Shown: positions 29,859 through 38,384 of the stretch, piece after piece
Position numbering within the stretch: position 1 is the stretch's first letter
Layout: every line of letters starts with the position of its first letter
NCBI GenBank assembly: GCA_046758365.1
Contig: JBHIAC010000003.1
Span: 1-64,000 of the forward strand
Origin: a bacterium
Lineage (GTDB): Bacteria; Zhuqueibacterota; Zhuqueibacteria; Oceanimicrobiales; Oceanimicrobiaceae
Direction: 5' to 3'
Length of the DNA stretch: 64,000 nucleotides
Program-made: the position numbers and the translations under genes
Notes under the pieces: generated by a model
What the model was told of the DNA's origin: nothing
Databases searched by the model: none
What the model saw: only the letters and a program-made list of their open reading frames with translations

Positions 29859-30766
29859 AATTTATCATCCAAAAACATGCCTTACCGATAGGATTTTTAC
29901 TTTTATTTTATTCCAACTTAGTAAGCCAAACTAACTGGTTCACTCTGGAATCCTCTCTATTTCGAATCTACTATTCGGAAGAAGACGACAAAAGTGCTGA
30001 GGAGCTTTCCACCCTTTTGGATATAGAATATGCGGATTTAGTTTCTAAAATAGGTTTAGAAATAAATAATACAGTGAGTGTTTTTTTATGTCCTTCGGAG
30101 GAGATATTTAATGAATTAACCGGTAAGTTCGTCCCAGATTGGGGAGAGGGCGTAACCGACCCCGTAAGAAACCTGATTATATTAAAATCTCCAAACCTCT
30201 CACAAAATCTCTCTCGCTTTCCAAAATTAGTCCTCCATGAACTGACTCATATTTTAGTGGGCCAGTCGCTTGAACATCCCGCCGCAATCCCGAGATGGTT
30301 TAATGAGGGCATTGCTATTTATTTTTCTCATGATGAAGAATTTTCGATTGGACAAGCTATTTCGAAAGCCTTAATCAGTAATTCTATTATCTCTTTGGAT
30401 GAAATTGACGATGTTTTAAAATTTCAACAAGAAAAAGCTCGTCTAGCTTACGAGGAGAGTTACTCAGCTATACTTTTTTTAGAAGAAAAATACGGTTATA
30501 ACCGTTTATTCCAACTGATTCAGGAGCTTAAAAAAGAGAAGAACTTTAATCAAGCTTTTTTGGATATCTTCGGAATAGATTTGTTTGAATTCGAATGGGC
30601 TTGGAACCAATATGTTGAAAAGAAATATCGTTGGCAGTTTCTCTTGGATTTCGAGACTTATTTATGGATTTTTATATTGGTTCTTTTTATATTGGTTTTT
30701 ATTGCCATCCGATTCCGGAATCGCAAAATTCTTAATAAATGGCAACAAGAGGAACGGATCGTTTAA
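29855..30766 (+). CDS. Peptidase MA-family metalloprotease with C-terminal TM
   Basis: HELTH...PRWFNEGIA motif; signal peptide; C-terminal TM. Confidence 0.85.
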   Translation: MKFIIQKHALPIGFLLLFYSNLVSQTNWFTLESSLFRIYYSEEDDKSAEELSTLLDIEYADLVSKIGLEINNTVSVFLCPSEEIFNELTGKFVPDWGEGVTDPVRNLIILKSPNLSQNLSRFPKLVLHELTHILVGQSLEHPAAIPRWFNEGIAIYFSHDEEFSIGQAISKALISNSIISLDEIDDVLKFQQEKARLAYEESYSAILFLEEKYGYNRLFQLIQELKKEKNFNQAFLDIFGIDLFEFEWAWNQYVEKKYRWQFLLDFETYLWIFILVLFILVFIAIRFRNRKILNKWQQEERIV

Positions 30767-30932
30767 TCCTAAAGATTTTGTGTTTGAATTTTTTCGCGGC
30801 TAAAAATGACCTAAGAATTTTGAACTTTGAAACACTGAACCATAAATAACCTCGGTACCAAACACCAAGGTCATAAATATAAGTCGTTATAATAATTTTG
30901 GATTTTCAGATAATCCCAAAAAGAAATCAACT

Positions 30933-31583
30933 ATGAATAATTTGTCAGTTCTTAAAATAAATCCCAATAATTTTGATGCAAAAGACTTAGAACCAGCAGT
31001 GATGGTTCTGCAGCGAGGCGGTGTGATTGCGTACCCCACAGAAACGGTTTATGGTTTAGGTGCAAACATCTATCATGAAAGAGCTGTTCGTAGAATTTAT
31101 CAACTAAAAAAAAGAGACTTAACAAAACCACTTTCAGTCATGATTTCTTCTATTGAAGATGTAGAGGATTTGTGTGAAGAAATACATCATTATGGTAAAA
31201 TTTTAATCAACGCCTTTTGGCCAGGCCCCATTACTCTGATTTTCAAGGCCTCAGATAGCATCCCAAGTTACATAACGAGCAAAGATAAAAAGATTGGACT
31301 TCGCATTCCGAATCATCCAATTACCGAAGCTTTGATGAGAATGCATAGTCAGCCGGTAACTTCCACAAGTGCAAATATTACTGGTACAAAGGAACTAATT
31401 AGAGCTCAGGATGTAAAAAATAATTTTGGTGGTAAAATTGATTTAATAATTGATGGTGGAGCCTGTTGTGTTAAAATCCCTTCCACGGTATTGGACGTGA
31501 CTGGTGAAGAACCTAAAGTTTTACGTGAAGGCGCCATTACCCGCTCTCAAATTGAAGAAGTTCTGTTAGGAATTTCATCATGA
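30933..31583 (+). CDS. tsaC: Threonylcarbamoyl-AMP synthase (TsaC/Sua5)
   Basis: YPTETVYGLG, KKR..KPL, FWPGPIT, TSTSAN, PSTV, LREG. Confidence 0.93.
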   Translation: MNNLSVLKINPNNFDAKDLEPAVMVLQRGGVIAYPTETVYGLGANIYHERAVRRIYQLKKRDLTKPLSVMISSIEDVEDLCEEIHHYGKILINAFWPGPITLIFKASDSIPSYITSKDKKIGLRIPNHPITEALMRMHSQPVTSTSANITGTKELIRAQDVKNNFGGKIDLIIDGGACCVKIPSTVLDVTGEEPKVLREGAITRSQIEEVLLGISS

Positions 31584-32083
31584 GTTCAAAAACTTTTAAT
31601 ATATTATTCGTTTGTACCGGCAACAGTTGTAGAAGTCCCATAGCGGAAGGTTTAATGAAATCAAGAATATCTTCAGAGTTAAAAGATAAAGTAACAGTTC
31701 GTTCTGCTGGAACGCTGGGTCTTGAGGGAAATCCTGCTACTGAATATGCTATCGCAGTTGCCAATGACTTAGGAGCTGATATTTCTCAACATCGTTCGCA
31801 AGGTCTTAGTGAGGCACTGGTCAAAGAATCTGATATCATTTTTGCCATGTCCCCAGAACACAAAGCCTTCGTGGAACGGCAAAATCCCGAGGTTCGGGAG
31901 AATGTATTTTTGCTTAGGACTTTTGGTAGAAACCCAGATGAAAAGATCACCGATAGCATCGAGGACCCCATTGGAGGCAGTCTTGAGGTTTATCAGAAAT
32001 GCGGTGAAATAATTGATTCAGAATTAAATAGAATTTTACCGAGACTCCGGCAAATTATTGAAGAAAAACTAAACCCTGAATGA
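31580..32083 (+). CDS. Low-molecular-weight protein arginine/tyrosine phosphatase (YwlE-like)
   Basis: FVCTGNSCRSP P-loop, IEDPIG. Confidence 0.92.
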   Translation: MSSKTFNILFVCTGNSCRSPIAEGLMKSRISSELKDKVTVRSAGTLGLEGNPATEYAIAVANDLGADISQHRSQGLSEALVKESDIIFAMSPEHKAFVERQNPEVRENVFLLRTFGRNPDEKITDSIEDPIGGSLEVYQKCGEIIDSELNRILPRLRQIIEEKLNPE

Positions 32084-32108
32084 GACTGAAGGGATTGAAG
32101 GCTGGATT

Positions 32109-32217
32109 TAGGGATATAAGGAAATAGGGATATAAGGGAATAAGGTTTTAATTTGGTTTGAGATTAAACCACCCTTATACCCTTTTACCCTTATGTCCTT
32201 ATACCTTATAACCTAAG
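32109..32217. repeat. Inverted array of TAAGGG/CCCTTA 7-8-mers adjoining the variant tRNA
   Basis: GGGATATAAGGAAATAGGGATATAAGGG...ACCCTTATACCCTTTTACCCTTATGTCCTTATACCTTA. Confidence 0.75.
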
Positions 32218-32221
32218 AAAG

Positions 32222-32301
32222 TGGGCGATATCCCGAGCTACAAATCGGGATGACCTCCTGCTTGTAAGGCAGGCGCTCTAAACCACCTGAGCTAACCGCC
32301 C
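32222..32301 (-). pseudogene. tRNA-Val(TAC) variant: T-arm replaced by a 7-bp ATCCCGA/TCGGGAT hairpin, no encoded CCA
   Basis: Identical to 33933-34010 except CTGGTTCGAGTCCAG is replaced by TCCCGATTTGTAGCTCGGGA. Confidence 0.85.
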
Positions 32302-32382
32302 AAAAACACGTCTTAAATTTACAAAATTAAATAAAAAGACAAGGAGATTTGTAAGCACCCGTATGGCTTTGTGAAGCCAATA

Positions 32383-32946
32383 TCAACTTAGACTTTTGAT
32401 CTTTCGAAACAAGTCTTTGTATTGGGCTAACATTGCTGGCTTTTCTAATGCCTCAGCAAATTGTGATAACCAGTTCTCGATGTAGGATTCATCTAATTTA
32501 CCATATTGCTCGATTAATAGCGCTTCGATGTCTGGCCAATCCCTTGCTCGGTCAGCCACGGCTTTCTGGATGATTAAATCCTCGGCCGAGCAAATCCACA
32601 CCGACCGTCCACCTAAGTTTCGGCGTATTGCTCGCTCAATCATTTGTTCTTCGTAACCAGGTAACGCTAATAAAAAATCGACGATAACATGGTCGATGAT
32701 CACAGAAATGATGAGGGGATATTGGGGTATATTTTCTCTGGCAGGCTGTGGAAATTCTTTTTGGATGGCTTTTGAAATCGCCTCATAGTCGGTTTCAGGA
32801 ACAAGAACTTTTATATCAATATCATAGGTGGCGCGAACATACCCCCATTATGCCAGGGCGATACCACCGATAACGACATAGCGGTACTCATTGTTTTCGA
32901 GAAAAGCAACGGCTTTGTGTAAAGCTGCATTAAGATGTTTTTCCAT
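32383..32946 (-). pseudogene. Nucleotidyltransferase (AbiEii/DUF6036-like toxin), interrupted by TAA at codon 33
   Basis: MEKHL..YVVIGGIALA*WGYVRATYDIDI..CSAEDLIIQKAVADRARDWPDIE; TAA at 32848-32850. Confidence 0.8.
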
Positions 32947-33199
32947 TGGCCTTTCTCCATGCTTCCAGTCTCTTGACCCGGGCGTAGTAGCGGTCTATTT
33001 CTCGCAATTTTTGTGTGCGCTGCCGTTCACTTTGCTGCGGACAAAGTTGCCAGCAAAATTCTACCAAGGCTACATATCGCTGCCACCCTTTTTCGGGTGT
33101 TAATTTTCCCGCATTGTGTATGCGTTCGATGAGCTCGGTCTCGTTCCATTGGCGATAGAATTCGAGTGCTTTGCGATACAGGTCTTTGTCTATAGGCAT
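32930..33199 (-). CDS. Small hypothetical protein, probable partner/antitoxin of the downstream nucleotidyltransferase
   Basis: Intact ORF overlapping the NTase start; typical two-gene layout. Confidence 0.6.
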   Translation of the reverse strand: MPIDKDLYRKALEFYRQWNETELIERIHNAGKLTPEKGWQRYVALVEFCWQLCPQQSERQRTQKLREIDRYYARVKRLEAWRKANGKTS

Positions 33200-33236
33200 G
33201 ATAACCACCTACTCTTAAACAAAGCAATATTGCGCT

Positions 33237-33530
33237 TCATAAGTGTAAAGTCTCTTTGAGAATGTTCTCTTTCAGTTCTGGTCGGATGTCTTCTTTTGGG
33301 ATCAGGTCAACCTTCATTTTTAGAATTTCACGTAAATAAATCTCCGCTCCAACCAGTTCCAGTAAACTAACGGGCTCTTCAAATTCGGCCAGGAGGTCTA
33401 TATCGCTACCTCTCTTGTGTGCTCCCTTGACATAAGAACCCAATATCCCTACTACTCTCATTTTATATTTTTGCCTTAATTCTTCTCGATGTTTTTCCAG
33501 AATTTCTTTGATTTCAGCAAGCGTTTTCAT
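33237..33530 (-). CDS. Minimal nucleotidyltransferase (MNT/MntA-like antitoxin)
   Basis: GILGSYVKG...SDIDLL...KVDLI motif; no HEPN partner present. Confidence 0.88.
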   Translation of the reverse strand: MKTLAEIKEILEKHREELRQKYKMRVVGILGSYVKGAHKRGSDIDLLAEFEEPVSLLELVGAEIYLREILKMKVDLIPKEDIRPELKENILKETLHL

Positions 33531-33811
33531 TACTTACCACCAGATGATAAATTGTGATTCGTTCGCTTTTATCTTTTTGCTTAGCATAGCTGGATCGTTG
33601 TTTTTACATTGTGAGACCATGATATCCATTCCTTGATGAACTAAAATTCTTGGCCAAATTCAACTTTATAAAATATCAATTTTGATCTAAAGTTGCAACA
33701 AAATTTCGCTTAACGGCTTCGATTTATACTAAGATTTAGAAGAATTAGACGCAATAAAGTGGAAAGTGCAAGGCAGGTGGCCTGGTTTTCACTCTTATTG
33801 AGGTAAAATTA

Positions 33812-33890
33812 AAGGTATAAGGACATAATGAAATAAAGGTATTCAACACCAACACCCTAGACCCTTATACCGTATACCTTATACCCCAAG
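33812..33890. repeat. Inverted array of TAAGG/CCTTA 7-8-mers adjoining the duplicated tRNA 3' half
   Basis: AAGGTATAAGGACATAATG...ACCCTTATACCGTATACCTTATACCCC. Confidence 0.7.
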
Positions 33891-33892
33891 AG

Positions 33893-33932
33893 TGGTGGGC
33901 GATACCCCGAGCTACAAATCGGGATGACCTCC
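33893..33932 (-). repeat. Tandem duplicate of the tRNA-Val 3' half carrying the replacement hairpin, ending in CCA
   Basis: Minus strand GGAGGTCA-TCCCGATTTGTAGCTCGGGG-TATCGCCCACCA directly after the intact tRNA's CCA. Confidence 0.85.
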
Positions 33933-34010
33933 TGGTGGGCGATACTGGACTCGAACCAGTGACCTCCTGCTTGTAAGGCAGGCGCTCTAAACCACCTGAG
34001 CTAACCGCCC
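33933..34010 (-). tRNA. tRNA-Val (anticodon TAC)
   Basis: GGGCGGT acceptor/ATCGCCC, CCTGC-CTTACAA-GCAGG anticodon arm, ACTGG-TTCGAGT-CCAGT T-arm, CCA end. Confidence 0.97.
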
Positions 34011-34028
34011 GCTTTCGTTTGTTTTTCT

Positions 34029-34057
34029 AATTTAGAAAAATATTTGAAGAATGTCAA
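34029..34057 (-). promoter_or_regulatory. Sigma70 promoter of tRNA-Val
   Basis: TTGACA-17bp-TAAATT on the minus strand. Confidence 0.75.
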
Positions 34058-34084
34058 GGAAAATTGGGTGTACTGAAATTTCTG

Positions 34085-34113
34085 TTGACTATAGCGCAAT
34101 TTTTTGTTATAAT
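34085..34113 (+). promoter_or_regulatory. Strong sigma70 promoter with extended -10
   Basis: TTGACT-17bp-TATAAT preceded by TGn; divergent from the tRNA promoter. Confidence 0.75.
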
Positions 34114-34227
34114 AAATTAACATAATTTCCTATGACTTCTGAAATTAGAACTTCATACCTTATCATTTAAAACTTGCGTAATTGAAGTAACTTTAATTGA
34201 ATTGTAGACCTCCACTACAGATGTTAG

Positions 34228-35253
34228 ATGTTACTCGAAGAAAATTTGAAAACATTGCTCGAGGAACTTCTCGATGGCTTAATTTCTCAGACGGACCTCA
34301 CCAAGCTGGTTCACCTTTGCCGTTCCATAGCTGAGAGTTATCTTACTCAACACCGTTCTTCTCTCGTGCACATTTGCTCGCTCAACGGATTCACTGTATC
34401 GGACCTTGCATTCGATTGTATCGCACAAGTTTTTGCTCGAGATGCGGATGGAAGGTTTTATCAAATTGAAAGGTTTTCAGCCTCCCTTTTTACCAACCTT
34501 AAAGAGACTCCTGCGAAAAAACTTTTTCTTGCCTTTAAGTCTTTTGTCTTGAGAATAGCGAAAGCTCAGCTCTCGAAGATTTACGCACAATCCGATCCGG
34601 TTGGAGCTAAAATTCATCGTAACATTAGAGACTGCATCAGGAAATCGCAGGTCTTGAAGCTTGTTGAGGATTTTCGTGGCCATGTGCTGCAACCCGCAAA
34701 CCACGATCCTCTTAATCATTTAGAGGCTTACCCACTCGACGATATAGAGAGAGATTTAATGGCTCGGATAAGGGGTTCCTCTAATATTCCAGACCTTATC
34801 GAGAAACTAACTGCCATTCTTATGGAGCAAGAAGAATATCGTAGATCGATACGATTGATAGATATGGTGCAGATTTTTAGACAATTTTACCTTCAGTTTT
34901 CCGAATTAGCTACGACTGAGGAAAGCCCATGGGAGTTTGACAGGCTATCACAACATGATATTGAGGTAATCCAGTGTGAAGTCCGTCGTGCAGTTCAAGA
35001 AAAAATTATCACCACATACTTCTTGTCAGGGAAAGTCAGCAAACCAGAAGCTGAGGCTCTTTCTAACATGATGTCCGACATGATCGCCGACTGGTGTCAG
35101 GAGCATGAGGTGCAAAACTCCATTTGCCAGTACGTGTAGCGCTATCTTCCCATTTCAGAATCGGAATATGATTCAATGTGGCGTACCAAACTTGAGTACC
35201 TCACCAGGATTGCGAGGGAAAAGTTTGCTGCCTGCATCACAGAAAATATTTAG
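34228..35253 (+). pseudogene. Paralogue of 21652-22809 with in-frame TAG at 35137-35139
   Basis: DLAFDCIAQVF, LSKIY..DPVGAKIHRNIR match the paralogue; after TAG the frame continues RYLP..YDSMWRTKLEYL..F, matching RYMP..YRTQERTIFEYL..F. Confidence 0.75.
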
Positions 35254-35336
35254 GAGTAAATATTTTAAAAGAATTTTCTGGAGTACTGATTGAATGTCTA
35301 AATAATAGATTGGATTAATAGAAGCAACAATGATTT

Positions 35337-35431
35337 GATACTGGTTACTCGGTGCTGGATACTTGATAATAACATGAACATTTTCATTCCAATAATAAAA
35401 ATCCAGAATCAAGCATCAAGCATTCAGTATC
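35337..35431. repeat. Inverted array of 7-mers GATACTG/GGTGCTG ... CAAGCAT/CAGTATC
   Basis: Tandem 7-mers on each arm, complementary to one another. Confidence 0.65.
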
Positions 35432-35577
35432 TATTTTGAATCATACATTATGAGATTACTTCAATACACTAGTAGGAATCTTTTTTAGTTTGAGGAAGGG
35501 CTGAGAAAAAGCAACTAAGGTTGTGGTTCCTAAAAAGATTCTTGCATGACATCGGGTTCGTTTGGGGCTTAATGAAA

Positions 35578-35769
35578 TTAGCAGTTCACCGTTCTTCGAA
35601 GCGAAGGATCAGCGTCAATTGCTACCAAATGTGCCCGTCTTTTAATGTCAACTTCGAAGTGGGCTTCCGGCATTTCATCATAGTAATCACCTAAATCTTG
35701 AGTGTCTAAGAACTCTACGAGTTCATTGAGAGACCTAAAACGGGGCAATCTCTTTGACTTTATATTCTT
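35578..35769 (-). pseudogene. Start-less relic of a CopG/BrnA-type antitoxin
   Basis: Reads KSKRLPRFRSLNELVEFLDTQDLGDYYDEMPEAHFEVDIKRR, like the 'P.F.S..E..EF.DTHD..DY' antitoxin N-terminus; 5' end abuts the HD-GYP stop. Confidence 0.6.
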
Positions 35770-37243
35770 AAATTAAAGGCATTTCTTTTAAATTCACTTG
35801 ACCAAGTGCTTGTACTACTGTGGGATTAAATTGCTTTCCGGCTCTTTCCTCTAATATCTGCAGAGCTTCAATATAACACCTTTTTTTCCGATAGTGACGA
35901 TCGGTAACGATAGTATCAAACGCATCGGCCACAGCAATGATGGCCCCTGCCAGAGGAATTTCATCATTTTTTAATCCTCTTGGGTATCCCTGACCGTTAT
36001 GCCATTCATGATGACTATAAACAGCCTCTGAAATCGAGGAAAGTCGTTTAATGTGTTTTAATATATTAAACCCTTTTTCAGCATGAGTTTTTATGATTTC
36101 ATATTCCTTCGGGGTTAAACTTCCTGCTTTAAATATAATAGAATCTGGGATACCAATTTTACCTATGTCGTGAAGATTTCCAGCCAAGGCCAATTCTTCT
36201 AATTTATTCTCTGACAGTCCCATCACTTTACCGATGGCAACTGCTACTTGGGCGACCCGTTTTGAGTGACCATGAGTGTAAGGATCTCGTTCATCCAAAG
36301 TTTTAGCTAAAGATTTCATAGTCTCAAGAAAAAAGATTTCCAATTCCAGAACTAAATCAGAATTTTTTAAAGCAATACAAGCTTGTGTCGCCAAAATTAC
36401 TGCGCCATCCACATCGGCGTCAGAAAATTGAGATTCGGTTTTATACAAACAGAGGACATTTTTGACACTTCCGTTACACTTTAAAGGTACCCCAATGCAA
36501 GTTTTTGACCATTTTTCTTCACCAATAGATTTGTAATCTGCACCAACGTTATCCCAACTTTCTATAATTACAGGGGACTGCATTTTTAATATTTGTCCGG
36601 CAAGACCTAAATGTTGTTGAAAACAAATTTCTTTTTCAATAAATCCCTCTAAGTTGACCCCATAACGCAAATAGATTTGTCCTGTCTCAGAGTCTATTTC
36701 GAAGATCCCTCCTCGATCAGCCTTCGTTTCCTTGATTGCAGAGTTTAATAGTAAAGTGTATATTTTTGAAGGTTCATGAACGGAGCTAATTTCATCGCTG
36801 TGCATAAAGAAGTTTACTAAAGTTTTTAAACGGATATTTTCTCGTATAAGCTGCCTGCGTTCAAGGGCATTTTTAACTGCCGAGAGTAATTCTTCGAGAC
36901 TGAAAGGTTTCCGGACAAAATTGCTTACGCCTTCGTTTACAGCTTTTACTGCGGTTTCTAATGTGGCATAGCCTGTCATAACAACAACAGGTAAGTCAGG
37001 GGAAATAGTTTTTAGTTTTTGAACCAGCTTTAGGCCATTAATTTGAGGCATTTTAATGTCTGTTAAAACAAGATCGAAGGGATTTCGAGAGAATTTTTTT
37101 ATGGCTGTGTTAGGATTAGAGGTGGTTTCTACTTCATACCCCGCATTACTTAAACTGTCATAACAAACCTTACAAATATTCTTTTCATCATCAACAACCA
37201 GAACCTTATCCACGTGTTCATTAGTGATAATCTTTTTTGACAT
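35768..37243 (-). CDS. REC-GAF-HD-GYP cyclic-dinucleotide phosphodiesterase
   Basis: VVDDE/LTDIKMP; GAF; DPYTHGHSKRV, HDIGKIG, HHEWHNGQGYP, VADAFD. Confidence 0.93.
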   Translation of the reverse strand: MSKKIITNEHVDKVLVVDDEKNICKVCYDSLSNAGYEVETTSNPNTAIKKFSRNPFDLVLTDIKMPQINGLKLVQKLKTISPDLPVVVMTGYATLETAVKAVNEGVSNFVRKPFSLEELLSAVKNALERRQLIRENIRLKTLVNFFMHSDEISSVHEPSKIYTLLLNSAIKETKADRGGIFEIDSETGQIYLRYGVNLEGFIEKEICFQQHLGLAGQILKMQSPVIIESWDNVGADYKSIGEEKWSKTCIGVPLKCNGSVKNVLCLYKTESQFSDADVDGAVILATQACIALKNSDLVLELEIFFLETMKSLAKTLDERDPYTHGHSKRVAQVAVAIGKVMGLSENKLEELALAGNLHDIGKIGIPDSIIFKAGSLTPKEYEIIKTHAEKGFNILKHIKRLSSISEAVYSHHEWHNGQGYPRGLKNDEIPLAGAIIAVADAFDTIVTDRHYRKKRCYIEALQILEERAGKQFNPTVVQALGQVNLKEMPLI

Positions 37244-38384
37244 GCCTATCCAGTGGTAAATAAACTAAAAATTCAGATCCTTTATCTTTTATGCTTTTCA
37301 CTTTTAATCCACCACCATGTGCCGTAACAATCGCACGCACTGAAGGAAGGCCTAAGCCTAAACCACCTCCCATAAATTCAAATTTACTAGAACTATGATA
37401 TTTACTGTCTTGGACTTCATAGAACTTTTCAAAAATGTTACCTTGTTCGGTTATATCGATTCCTATTCCATTATCTTTAATACAAATTACACAGTAATCA
37501 TTTTCTACCTTGGTCGTGATCCTTACTTCACCACTATCGGGAGTGAATTTAATGGCATTCTGTACTAACTCTCTGATGACACCTTTAATTTGACTGCGAT
37601 TAGCAATTATAGACAAATTCGATTCAGTTTTATTAACTTTTAGCTTTTGATTACGCTTCTTAGAGAGAAGTTGAAAATCTAATACAATTTGTTCAATTAG
37701 GGCATTGACTTCAACTCTCTCACGTGGGAGTTTTGAATTGCCATTCTCTAACTGGATAAGATTATGCATATTCATGACTATTTCTTCTAAGTCATTAGTA
37801 GCATTAAAAATAACTTGCATACACTGTTGTTTTTCTTCTTCTGAAAGCTTGTAATATATCTCATCGTTCAAAATACTTAAATACCCTTTCAGATGACTCA
37901 CGGGTGTTCGTAATTCATGACTCGTGATTGCAATGAATTTATCTTTCATTTTTTGTAATTCAATTAACTTTTGGTTTGCCAATCGTAGCGTTTTATTTTC
38001 TTCTCCTAAATGAATTTTCTCAAAACATTTTTCTGCTACTAAGCGAATTTGGGCTGGTTTGATAGGTTTAAGGATAAAGTCATACGCTCCTTTTTTCATA
38101 GCCGTTATTGCCCCTTCAATCGTGGCGTACCCGGTCATAATAACCACTTCAGCATAGGGGTAATCACGCTTAATAGCTTCCAACAGCTCTAAACCATCCA
38201 TGATTGGCATCTTTAAATCAGCGAAAATAAGTTCAAATTTCCCTATTTTCATTCGATCTAGAGCCTGGACGCCGTTTTCAACTAAATCAATCTGATAACC
38301 TTTTTTTTCTAAGCTTCTAAAGCAAATATTTCTAACCACTTCCTCATCATCCACAACCAAAACATTATGACGTTCTTCTATCAT
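37221..38384 (-). CDS. Hybrid REC-HisKA-HATPase histidine kinase
   Basis: VVDDE, FADLKMP; SHELRTP; ELVQNAIKF, DNGIG, GLGLGL. Confidence 0.93.
   Translation of the reverse strand: MIEERHNVLVVDDEEVVRNICFRSLEKKGYQIDLVENGVQALDRMKIGKFELIFADLKMPIMDGLELLEAIKRDYPYAEVVIMTGYATIEGAITAMKKGAYDFILKPIKPAQIRLVAEKCFEKIHLGEENKTLRLANQKLIELQKMKDKFIAITSHELRTPVSHLKGYLSILNDEIYYKLSEEEKQQCMQVIFNATNDLEEIVMNMHNLIQLENGNSKLPRERVEVNALIEQIVLDFQLLSKKRNQKLKVNKTESNLSIIANRSQIKGVIRELVQNAIKFTPDSGEVRITTKVENDYCVICIKDNGIGIDITEQGNIFEKFYEVQDSKYHSSSKFEFMGGGLGLGLPSVRAIVTAHGGGLKVKSIKDKGSEFLVYLPLDRHVKKDYH

Noticed and set aside
32109..32217. CRISPR array or protein-coding repeat in the short tandem repeats
   Set aside because: Units are 7-8 bp, degenerate, inverted and without unique spacers; no cas genes.
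32222..34010. Classical prophage or integrative island at tRNA-Val
   Set aside because: No integrase or phage genes, only 1.6 kb, and the distal copy is full-length and modified rather than a plain att duplication.
1331..35253. Stop-codon reassignment (TAG read as Gln or Pyl) suggested by three in-frame TAGs
   Set aside because: TAG terminates intact genes normally (hicA, the NtrC regulator, mlaF), one interruption is TAA, and core genes have no internal stops.
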